The notes below the pieces were generated by a model. That model ran no database searches. It was not told the DNA's origin and saw nothing but the letters and a program-made list of their open reading frames with translations. Shown here piece after piece: positions 54,015-64,000 of a stretch of 64,000 bases of DNA. The stretch's first letter is position 1, and each line of letters opens with the position of its first letter. The position numbers and the translations under genes are program-made. Source of the DNA: Eledone cirrhosa (Eukaryota); the NCBI GenBank assembly GCA_964016885.1, contig OZ024748.1, positions 59,458,001 through 59,522,000 on the forward strand, written 5' to 3'.

Positions 54015-56070
54015 TGAGAGGGGAGAAGGAGAGAGAGCGAGTGTGAATTGAGAGAGAAAGAGAGCAAGGGAGAGAGAGAGGGTGGAGAGGGAGAGATAGT
54101 TGGAGAGGAGAGAGAGTGTGGGAGAGAGAAGAGGAGAGAGGATGGGTGAAGGAGAGAGAGTGTGAATTGAGAGAGGGGGGGGGATAGATAAAGAGAGCAG
54201 GGGAGAGAGAGAGAGTGTGAATTGAGAGAGAGGGTGGAGAGGGAGAGGGGAGGAAAAGAGAGAAAGAGTGTGAATTGAGAGAGAGGGAGTGAGAGGAGAG
54301 AGAGAAAGAGTATTGGATTGTCTGTCAATGTAGAGAAAAGGTTATTGGTTCAAATTTTGAACATCAGGGTGGTCATTGAACTATGGTGGTGGTGGTGGTG
54401 GTGGTGGTGATAGTGGTGGTGGTGATGGTGGTGAGGGTGATAGTGGTGGTGGTGGTGGTGGTGTTGGTGTTGGAGGTGGTGGTGGTGGTGGTGGTGATAG
54501 TGGTGCTCACTGTATTGTAGTCATGAGAACTATGATGATGATGGTGGTAGTGGTGGTAGTGGTGGTGGTGGTGATAGTGGAGATGATAGTGAAGGTGGTG
54601 GTGGTGATGGTGGAGGTGGTGGTGATAGTGGAGATGGTGGTGGTGGTGATAGTGGAGATGGTGGTGGTGATAGTGGAGATGGTGGTGATGGTAGTGGTAA
54701 TAGTGGTGATGGTGGTGGTAGTGGTGGTGGTGATAGTGGTGGTGGTAGTGGTAATAGTGGTGATAGTGGAGATGGTGGTGGTGGTGGTGATAGTGGAGAT
54801 GGTGGTGAGGGTGGTGATAGTGGTGGTGGTGGTAGTGGTGGTGGTGATAGTGGAGATGGTGGTGGTAGTGGTAATAGTGGTGATGGTGGTGGTAGTGGTG
54901 GTGGTGGTGATAGTGGAGATGGTGGTGATAGTGGTGGTGGTGGTGATAGTGGTGGTGGTGGTAGTGGAGATGGTGGTGGTGATAGTGGTGGTGGTGATAG
55001 TGGAGATGGTGGTGATAGTGGTGGTGGTGGAGATGGTGGTGGTGGTGGTGATAGTGGAGATGGTGGTGGTAGTGGTGATAGTGGAGATGATAGTGATGAT
55101 GATTGTGGTGGTGATGTCATGATGATGATGGTGGTGGTGATGGTGGTGGTGGTGGTAGTGATGGCTATAAAACTGATGATCATGATGATGATAGTGATGA
55201 CAATAACATTGATGATAATAATGATGATGATATGATAATCATCATTTTTGTTCTTTTATCCTTGACCATTTTTTATGATGGTAATGATGCTTTCCATCAT
55301 CATCACCATCACCATTGCTATCATCATCATTGTCATCATCACCATCACCATTGCTATCATCATCATCATCATCACCATCACCATTGCTATCATCATCATT
55401 GTTATCATCGCAATCACCCCTATTGCCATCATCACCATCGCTATCATCACCATCATCATCGCTATCATCACACTTGTCGTCATCACCATCACCATCACCA
55501 CCATCATCATCGCCGTCACCACCATCATCATCGTCATCGCCCTACTCATCATCACCATCATCATCATCACCATCGCTATCATCATCACCATCACCATCAT
55601 CATCATCACCATCACCATCATCATCATCACCATCGCTATCATCATCATCATCATCATCATCATCGCTATCATCACACTCATCATTGTCATCACCATCTGC
55701 ATCATCACCGTCCCCATCATCACCCATCATGCCCCATTATCTTCCTCCCATCTATCCTGGTAGAGTGACCAGTTTGATCAGCTGGAATTATTGATTACAT
55801 ATAGATCTATCAGATTCATCGGAATAACTCAACCGTTTTGGGAGGTTTTCAAACATTTTTCTTTTACTTTTCTTCTTATTTCCATCGACATTTCTTGTCT
55901 GAGTTGTCTCCTCTTTCACTTCTTACTCTTCTTCTTTGTTTTGCCTCTCATCATCATCACCATCATCATCATTATCATCATCATTATCATCATCATCATT
56001 ATCATTATCATCATCACCATCATCATCATTATCATTATCATCATCATCATCATTACCATCGTCACCGCAA
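52760..56070. repeat. Block of compound microsatellites ((GTT), (TG), (AAC/AGT), (GA), (GGT/GAT), (CAT))
   Basis: Direct inspection. Confidence 0.92.
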
Positions 56071-56230
56071 CCATCAGGGGATGTTGATCATCATTCATCA
56101 TTTCATTTTACGTCCGCTTTTTCCCTGCTTGCAAGGGTGGGACGGGAACTGATTCTGGCTTGATTTCTACAGCTGGATGCCCTTCCTAACACCAACCTCA
56201 TTTACAGTGAGTGCTGATAGTTATGATAAT

Positions 56231-56423
56231 TGTTTCTACTTTTGGCACAAGGCCAGCAATTACCCAGTGCATTACTGGTACTTTATTTTATCGACCCCGT
56301 AACGATGAAAGGCAAAGTTGACTTCGGCGGGATTTGAACTCAGAATGGCAAGGGCCGTAACTCTATGCGTCAAAGCATCGCGTCCGACCCTCTACCGATA
56401 CTGCCAATCCACCACAACCACCA
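56231..56423 (-). mobile_element. SINE family A, full length
   Basis: 16-bp TSD tgatagttatgataat (56215-56230, 56424-56439). Confidence 0.9.
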
Positions 56424-56747
56424 TGATAGTTATGATAATGGTTATGGTTGTGTCAATGTCAGCTGTCAGCCATGCCAATATAAGATAGGTGGGTGGTTGG
56501 TGTAAGGGGACAGTGTCACCTGATCTTATTTAGTTTTCTTATCTTTTATTTAAAACATGGCTGGGTTTGGGCTTTTGGGGTTATTCTTTTCAAAAGAACT
56601 TTTCTTTTCCTCTCTTCAAATCCATTAAACCTACATTCCTTACAATCTCTACATATCAAAGACAAGAAACAATTCTAATTGAATTCTGATTATCTTAAGG
56701 ATTTTATTACATCTACCTAGCTGTCTATCTCTATCACCCCCCCCCCT

Positions 56748-56780
<33 letters not shown>

Positions 56781-56817
56781 TTCTAATGTGTATGTAATTC
56801 TATCTCCCCCCCCCCCC

Positions 56818-56849
<32 letters not shown>

Positions 56850-56942
56850 CTTGAATGTGTATGTAACTTGACTTTTATTGAAATTGAATGGAAAGTGTTT
56901 AAAAAGGGTGAAATAAAATTATATATATATATATACATATAT

Positions 56943-57442
56943 AGGAAAAAGTTTAACCCCGACGGCAGAGCTCAAGCCGTTTTGACGGCTATTTCTGGAC
57001 TAAATTAGAATTTTTAGCGTGGTAAATAAATAGTCGAACTTTTCAAGGGGTAATTCCATATATGGGAAGATTGTAGTTGTCAAAAGGATTGGTCAAAATT
57101 TCTTGTAAACACAATTAAATCTTTCATGGCAGTGGGTGTGGCTGAACTTGCCTTCTACAGGCAAGTTCAGCCACCCGCCCCACCTACCACCATGAAAGAA
57201 TTAATTGTGTTTGCAACAAATTTTAACCGATCCTCTTGACAACTACAATCTTCCCATATAAGGAATTACCCCCTTGAAAAGTTTGACTATTTATTTACCA
57301 CGCTAAAAATTCTAATTTAGTCCAGAAATAGCTGTCGAAACGGCTTGAGCTGGGGTTTTCCTATTACCCACTCTACTACCCTAAGTATTGAGTACTCTAG
57401 TGCGTTATGGTCCATCTGGTTCCTTACCACACCTCGTTCGTT
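56943..57442. mobile_element. Penelope-like element with ~185-bp-arm palindrome
   Basis: 56969-57155 pairs with 57160-57351; ends shared with 12072-12370; flanked by (TA)n. Confidence 0.7.
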
Positions 57443-57620
57443 ATATATATATATATAAGAATTTAGCTTCAACATAGCTGTATACATACATCTATGTGAA
57501 TTTCATTCATCTAAAGATACATGGTATGTTTAATTTATAAACATTTTGAAAGCTTCAGCTATAAATAAAAGACTGACGGTCAGTGCCGTCTAGTGGAATC
57601 CAGCAGAAGCAAGGGGGATA

Positions 57621-57664
57621 ATTGTCTATGCATTTCAAACTTAAATGGTTCTCATCAGAACAAT
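57621..57664 (-). ncRNA. Minimal type-I hammerhead ribozyme motif within 333-bp repeat unit (57458-57900)
   Basis: Minus strand: attgtt-CTGATGA-gaac catttaa gttt-GAA-ATGCAT-A-gacaat; palindromic stem III. Confidence 0.72.
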
Positions 57665-57959
57665 GCTTCCCTCTGCCTACTGCTGGACTTTGAGACAGGG
57701 ACATATATAGTTTTTTCACCTCTGTAAATGGGCTGATTAGCCTCATTTGCATATGAAGCTGTATAAATTGGCTCAACTTAAAATATAATTAGAATTTAGC
57801 TTCTACATAGCTGTATACATACATGTATGTGAAAGGTGTACATCTAAAGATATACAGTATGTTTAATAAATACACATCTTGAAAGCCTCAGCTATGAATA
57901 TAATGATGATGATGATATATATATATATATATATATAATGCCTCTGTATTTATTTCCAG

Positions 57960-58071
57960 GAAATGTAAATCAAGAAAGGCAGCTTACCAGAACCTAACTC
58001 AATTTTGCAGCGGAGAATGTGATGAGAAAACTATATGTGGTGATATCACAATACCTGAGGAACATCTTGAG
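57960..58071 (+). CDS. LMLN: LMLN exon 4
   Basis: tatttccag|G...GAG|gtaatt, 112 nt; KCKSRKAAYQNLTQFCSGECDEKTICGDITIPEEHLE matches C.GEC...T.CG...PEEHL of LMLN. Confidence 0.93.
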
Positions 58072-58339
58072 GTAATTACTGGCAATTTTACAGTTTTATA
58101 TTTTACCTGCCTCTAGCTTTAGTTGATGAAAGAACCTTTTATTTACTTGTCTCTGTTGTTTTTGTTGTTGTTTTTTTGTTCTTTAAAATACATTCTTTAT
58201 TCTTCTCTTCCTCCCCCTCTTCCTCCTCCTCTTCATTCTCCCTTCCTCCTCCTCATCATTCTCCCTTTCTCCTCCTCATCATCATCCTCTGTCTCCGCCT
58301 CCTTGTCCATCTTCTCATGTGATATATTCTCCCTTTCAG

Positions 58340-58506
58340 ACATGTTATTGTGTTGACTGTGATGAAAGTAGCAAAGGCACTAGAGGACCTGGAGTCAGTA
58401 ATGCTGACTTCATCCTCTATGTGGCAACGCTCTCATCAGAGCGTTGTCGCCATGGAAACACAGTTGCCTATGCAGCTTATTGCCAACAAGAAAGAGCACT
58501 CGACAG
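58340..58506 (+). CDS. LMLN: LMLN exon 5
   Basis: ccctttcag|ACA...AG|gtatgt, 167 nt; ...GVSNADFILYVATLSSERCRHGNTVAYAAYCQQERALD(R) is the hallmark M8 segment. Confidence 0.96.
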
Positions 58507-58933
58507 GTATGTTTCTGGAGTTTCTTTTATCTTTTTGTATTTTTTTTTTCTTTTGTCATCCACCTTCTGCACCAAACGCCCTCCTCTCAAACTAGTTTAA
58601 TCCTTTAACATTTAAACCAGCCATATCCAGCCAGAATTCTCTCACCCCTTTCTGTTCAAACTGGCTGTAACCGGTCGCTCATACAGATGTTAAGGTATTG
58701 TTCTCAAAATAAATGATATCAAAATCTCATAGATTCGATATTATGTGACGTAATTATGAGAGGTAAAGCCTTTACCGTGAAAATACAATAGTAAATATAG
58801 AGTAATGTAATGTGTGTATATCATGACTCATACACTATTCACTTTCCTGACATTTGTACATTATTCTATGTACTATACATGCACCTTTGATGAGTTGTAG
58901 TGCATCTGAGTACTGTACACAATAATTTTCATT

Positions 58934-59600
58934 AGGTTAACTTTGCCTTTCATCCTTACCGGGTCAATAAAATAAAGCACCAGTAACGTACTGGGGTTCA
59001 ATTTAATCGAATTTCCCCTCCCCCAAATTACTGGCCTTGTGCCTATACTAGAAATCATTATTATTGGAAGGGCGGTGGATTGGCAGTATCGGTAAAGCGT
59101 TGGACGCCTTGCTTTGACGCATAGAGTTACGGTCCTTTACGGTCTGAGTTCAAATCCCGCCGAGGTTAACTTTGCCTTTCATCCTTACGGGGTCGATAAA
59201 ATAAAGTACCAGTAATGTACTGGGTAATTGCTGGCCTTGTGCCAAAAGTAGAAACAATTATTATATAACCAAACAGGAAAGTTTTATAATTACATCTGTT
59301 TAATTACTATACCTGTTGATTGGGAGGGCAATTGCCAGTAATCAGCGGAGCGTCGGACAAAATGATTTGCTGCATATAGTTACGGCCCTTTACATCCTGA
59401 GTTCAAACCTCACCGATGTTAACTTTGCCTTTCATCCTTATGGGGTTGATAAAATAAAGTACCAGTAATGTACTGGGGTTGATTTACTCAACTTTCACCC
59501 TCTCTCAAAATTGTTGGCCTTGTGTCTAAATCAGAAATCATTATTATGTACCAGTGATACACTGGGATAATTGCTGGCCTTGTGCCAAAAGTAGAAACAA
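58934..59600 (+). mobile_element. Cluster of four co-oriented SINE A copies/fragments
   Basis: Cores at 58934, ~59160 (full-length 59068-59258), ~59415, and a tail at 59548. Confidence 0.88.
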
Positions 59601-59981
59601 TTATTATTAGTAGAGTTAAGTAGAAACAATTATTATTAGTAGAGTCGTTAGAGCAAAGTCCATCTCAGTTGATGACCACGGAGTTCTGTGTCTTTCGTTT
59701 GTATTTTTATTTTTAAGAAAATAATATTTTAAGGTTTTTCTTAAAAAATTATTTTTTCATTTGTTGTCTTGTCCTCTCTTTATTAAATTTCCTAATTTCA
59801 TCATGTATATCATTATCATCATCATCGTTTAACCTCTATCTTCCACGCTAGCATGGGCTAAACGTGAATTGTCCCACTTGAGGCAACATTGGTCGGGTGG
59901 TCGTGTCTCACTCATATAGGAGTGGCAGGTTTTCTACAGCTGGATGCCCTTTCTAACACCAACCGCATTTACAGTGTGTAC

Positions 59982-60046
<65 letters not shown>

Positions 60047-60049
<3 letters not shown>

Positions 60050-60791
60050 TGTATTCGCTTCTTATGCGAAGATACGTTCGTGAATGCGGCGCATAAAACA
60101 AATTCACGTAATTCACGTCTAATTTTCTGATATATAAAAAAAATAAAAAACCACGCACGTTATAGTGCGTTATTCACGCACATTATAGTGCGTTATTCAC
60201 GCACGTTATAGTGTGTTATTCACGCACGTTATAGTGCGTTATTCACGCACGTTATAGTGCGTTATTCATGCACGTTATAGTGCGTTATTCACGCACGTTA
60301 TAGTGTGTTATTCACGCACGTTATAGTGTGTTATTCACGCACTATAACGTGCGTTATTCACGCACTATAACGTGCGTTATTCACGCACGTTATAGTGTGT
60401 TATTCACGCACGTTATAGTGCGTTATTCACGCACGTTATAGTGCGTTATTCACGCACGTTATAGTGCGTTATTCACGCACGTTATAGTGCGTTATTCACG
60501 CACGTTATAGTGCGTTATTCACGCACGTTATAGTGCGTTATTCACACACGTTATAGTGTGTTATTCACGCACGTTATAGTGCGTTATTCACGCACGTTAT
60601 AGTGCGTTATTCACGCACGTTATAGTGTGTTATTCACGCACGTTATAGTGCGTTATTCACGCACGTTATAGTGTGTTATTCACGCACGTTATAGTGCGTT
60701 ATTCACGCAAGATGACTATTTAATAATATTTTTTCAAGAGGTGTTAAAGCTAATTCGCATATTTCATGTTCGCATAAAAAGTGAACAGACA

Positions 60792-60792
<1 letters not shown>
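60047..60792. mobile_element. pogo/Tigger-like MITE carrying a 23-bp minisatellite (60152-60710)
   Basis: TIRs cagtgtattcgcttcttatgcgaa / ttcgcataaaaagtgaacagacag (19/24 match) inside (TA)n. Confidence 0.7.
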
Positions 60793-60834
<42 letters not shown>

Positions 60835-60836
<2 letters not shown>

Positions 60837-61170
60837 ATCATCATCATTTTACGTCCGCTTTTCCCTGCTTGCAAGGGTTGGACAGGAACTGATTCTGGGT
60901 TGATTTCTATAGCTGGATGCCCTTCCTAACCCCAACCTCATTTACAGTGAGTGCTGGGTGCTTTTTTTGCTGTGGCACCTCCACGACCACTTTGCAGTGG
61001 AATGATAGGGACCCCAGTCCCTATCATCTCATTTCTACAGCTGAGTAAACTGGAGCAATGTGAAATAAAGTGTCTTGCTCAAGGAAACAACACATCATCC
61101 GGTCTGAGAATTGAACTCACAACCTTTCGATTGCAAGCCCAATGCTCTAACCACTAAGCCATGTGCCTTC
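60835..61170 (-). mobile_element. SINE family B, full length
   Basis: Near-identical to 33671-34001. Confidence 0.85.
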
Positions 61171-61481
61171 ACATATATATAGAATTAGGATTTAGCTTCA
61201 TGCATAGCTGTATACAGATATGTATTGAAATTTTGTATTTCTAAAGAAATATGGTAACTTTATGGCTAAACATTTAGAAAGCCGTAGCTATGCAATACAA
61301 AATTTCAATACATATCTGTATACAGCTACACATTAAGCTAAATTCTAATTCTATTCTATTATAAGTTGAGCCAACTTATGCAGGTTCATATCCAAATGAG
61401 ATTAACCACCTCATTTATACAGATGAGAAAACCATATATTCTCACCTGTTTTCAAGTCCAGCAGTTGCAGGAAGGGTAGGG

Positions 61482-61525
61482 ATCATCCTGATGAGTACCA
61501 GTTAAGTTTGAAATACATCGACGAT
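61482..61525 (+). ncRNA. Minimal type-I hammerhead ribozyme motif within ~338-bp unit (61181-61650)
   Basis: atcatc-CTGATGA-gtaccagttaagttt-GAA-ATACAT-C-gacgat; enclosed by gtccagcag/ctgctggac stem; homologous to 57621-57664; stem II weak. Confidence 0.6.
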
Positions 61526-61701
61526 TATCCCCCTTGCTTCTGCTGGACACCACTAGTGGACGATAACCCCGGTGTTTTGCATAGCTACGGCTTTCTAAAG
61601 TTTAGCCATAGACATACCATATTTCTTTAGAAATACGAAATTTCAATATATATATAGTGACGAAACATAAGTCAATTGCATGAACTCATAATCCTTTATT
61701 T

Positions 61702-61755
61702 ACTGCTATATATTTCGATGATAGCCATTGAATGGCTATGACCTCATCAGGCAGT
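61702..61755 (-). ncRNA. Minimal type-I hammerhead ribozyme motif, third family
   Basis: Minus strand: actgc-CTGATGA-ggtcatagccat tca atggctatcatc-GAA-ATATAT-A-gcagt. Confidence 0.72.
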
Positions 61756-61843
61756 TAGTCAGTTCTTAGATATGCCAGCTCTGTGTTTATAGTGTTGATG
61801 GTATCAGAGCCTTGGGACATATATGTATATATTACATAATTAA

Positions 61844-61878
<35 letters not shown>

Positions 61879-61881
<3 letters not shown>

Positions 61882-62078
61882 TTAATTAGAAAGTGAACAA
61901 CAGAAAATATAACTATTCCATTACCAAAGGTTTCTGGATCCCAGACAATAATAATGTACATCAGAGATAACATCTCTGTCTGACGACCGACCCAGATGTA
62001 TATTATTATTGTCTGTGATCCAGAAACCTTTGGTAATGGAATAGTTATATTTTGTATTGTTCACTTTCTAATTAAATA
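61879..62078. repeat. ~80-bp-arm palindrome
   Basis: tatttaattagaaagtgaacaa...cagacaataataatgtacatc is mirrored by gatgtatattattattgtctg...ttgttcactttctaattaaata. Confidence 0.88.
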
Positions 62079-62207
62079 GCTCTGTTCTATACATAGAGCA
62101 CTCTTTTTTCCTTTGCCTTTCCTTTGGAATTACCTAAAACACACACACATATATATATATATATATATTGTTATACTTTGGGAGGGTCATGTTGCCAATA
62201 ATATGCC

Positions 62208-62251
<44 letters not shown>

Positions 62252-62272
62252 GGAATAGAATGAAATATACTT

Positions 62273-62311
<39 letters not shown>

Positions 62312-62398
62312 TTAAAATAACAGATTAAAGTTTAAGCAAAGAATCGCTGCTTTTTCCTTATCGAGCCCTCTTTGGATTTTAGTCTTCAAATTTATTAT

Positions 62399-62436
<38 letters not shown>

Positions 62437-62474
62437 CATTATTTAGTAAATTGTTCTGTTTCAATCCTTTCCAG

Positions 62475-62580
62475 ACCTGTAGCTGGATATTTTAGCATCT
62501 GTCCCTATTTTTTATCAACAAGTCCACAACAAACCAAACAACTTTTGTCAACTATTAAACATGAAATCCTACATGCATTG
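62475..62580 (+). CDS. LMLN: LMLN exon 6 with catalytic HExxH motif; gene continues beyond the window
   Basis: ctttccag|A...TTG|gtatgt, 106 nt; PVAGYFSICPYFLSTSPQQTKQLLSTIKHEILHAL, HEILH at 62560-62574. Confidence 0.96.
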
Positions 62581-63397
62581 GTATGTATTGATTTATTGAT
62601 TTATTGATAGTATTGATGTGTTTTGCTGTATTGATCTACTTTCTGTTGGTCTGTTGGGGTATTGATGTGTTAGTGTGTTTAGACATATTGGTGTTTTTAG
62701 ATATGTGGGTGTATTTATTGTATATTGGTAAAATGGTTGTGTTGGTACTATGACAAAAGGTGCCCAGTCCACATTGTAAACTGGTCAAGTTGGCTGCCAT
62801 GTCCTTGACACAACTAAAGGGTCCTCCCAACCCTTTGTTTGGTAAAATTTCTATGGCTAGATACCCTTCCTAGTGCCAACCACTTTACAGAGTGCACTGG
62901 GCGCTTTTATTGTGTAAATCATAATTTTCATAATTTTATTTCAAACCCCGGCTTAGAAATGAATAATCTATTTTACTAAATTCTTTAGAATTCATGACTA
63001 TTTATAAAATTAATTGAAAATCATTAATATAGAATACAGTTTTTTGTTTTTGCTTTGATTATATATTTTTTGTGTATTATATTTAAAGGTTTCCAGCAAT
63101 ATTTAATTGATTACACCCGGGTTTCATATAATAGGGGTGGTTGGAATAAGCAAGGAGGAGTATTGGAAAATCAGTAATTTTTCTAGGTTGTCTCCATTGA
63201 TTTTAAAAAAAAACCCAGAAGTACTCATTTAGTTTACATATCATTATCCAACCCATCCTATTTATTTTATAACACGAGATTTCTTGTAATGTTCTTTCTT
63301 TTGTCATGTATAATTTTTCTAATGTATAAAGGAAATTAATTATGGTAGGAATGCCACCACTTAAAATAAAATTTCGCTGGAGATAGATTAGCAAAGT

Positions 63398-63707
63398 TGA
63401 ATAAGTGGGTGGTTTGGAATAAGTGGGTGGGTTGGAATAAGTGGGTGGGTTGGAATAAGTGGGTGGGTTGGAATAAGTGGGTGGTTTGGAATAAGTGGGT
63501 GGGTTGGAATAAGTGGGTGGGTTGGAATAAGTGGGTGGGTTGGAATAAGTGGGTGGTTTGGAATAAGTGGGTGGTTTGGAATAAGTGGGTGGGTTGGAAT
63601 AAGTGGGTGGGTTGGAATAAGTGGGTGGGTTGGAATAAGTGGGTGGTTTGGAATAAGTGGGTGGGTTGAAATAAGTGGGTGGTTTGGAATAAGTGGGTGG
63701 TTTGGAA
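63398..63707. repeat. 18-bp G-rich minisatellite (~17 copies), probably inside a TA-flanked MITE (63114-63764)
   Basis: ttggaataagtgggtgg(g/t) repeated; imperfect TIRs gggtttcatataat / attatttgagaccc. Confidence 0.85.
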
Positions 63708-64000
63708 AAAGTCTGGAAAATTAATAAGTAGGTGGGGTAGGTACGATTATTTGAGACCCTAAGGTATGTGATGGCGATGAATTTATTTTGCAAGGTTTTT
63801 TATATGAAATCATGTGTTGAAACATCCAAAATATAACAATGGTATATATATGAATTTCTATTTAATTTTATATATTTGTTATATGGTAGTAAAACTTTAT
63901 AACATAATAAAGTGCAAGAAGAAAGAAAATAATTTTTTTTAAATACTGTATTTGCTCACTTTTCTATCTTTTGTTGGATAAAAATGAAAATAATGTACAT

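Noticed and set aside
63203-63793. PPTYS(N/K) repeat ORF resembling adhesive or extensin proteins
   Set aside because: An 18-bp minisatellite antisense in an LMLN intron; no signal peptide or exon context.
63785-63825. Possible LMLN exon 7 (GF...)
   Set aside because: Phase does not fit the AG and a stop follows within nine codons; the expected GFS..LF.FY is absent, so exon 7 lies beyond the window.

Overview
AT-rich, microsatellite-saturated eukaryotic DNA; the repeat repertoire suggests a coleoid cephalopod, probably Octopus (inference). The only host gene I can support is the 5' half of a leishmanolysin-like/invadolysin metalloprotease (LMLN, peptidase M8) on the + strand. It has six GT-AG exons (8538-8945, 44035-44169, 45110-45192, 57960-58071, 58340-58506, 62475-62580) that splice in frame to 337 aa ending at the HEILH zinc motif, with a 35-kb first intron. 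The rest is transposons and simple repeats: two RTE-type LINEs with a PHD finger inside the RT region (one nested in a hAT MITE), three R4/Dong-like elements stacked in (TAA)n, Tx1/L1-like ends stacked in (TCTA/TCTG)n, two tRNA-derived SINE families, piggyBac- and Tc1/pogo-type MITEs (several with internal minisatellite expansions), a U6 snRNA fragment and many fold-back palindromes. The most notable signal is five minimal type-I hammerhead ribozyme motifs, two of them in a ~335-bp terminally redundant retrozyme/Penelope-like unit present on both sides of exons 4-5. Nearly all long ORFs in the ORF track are microsatellite artefacts.
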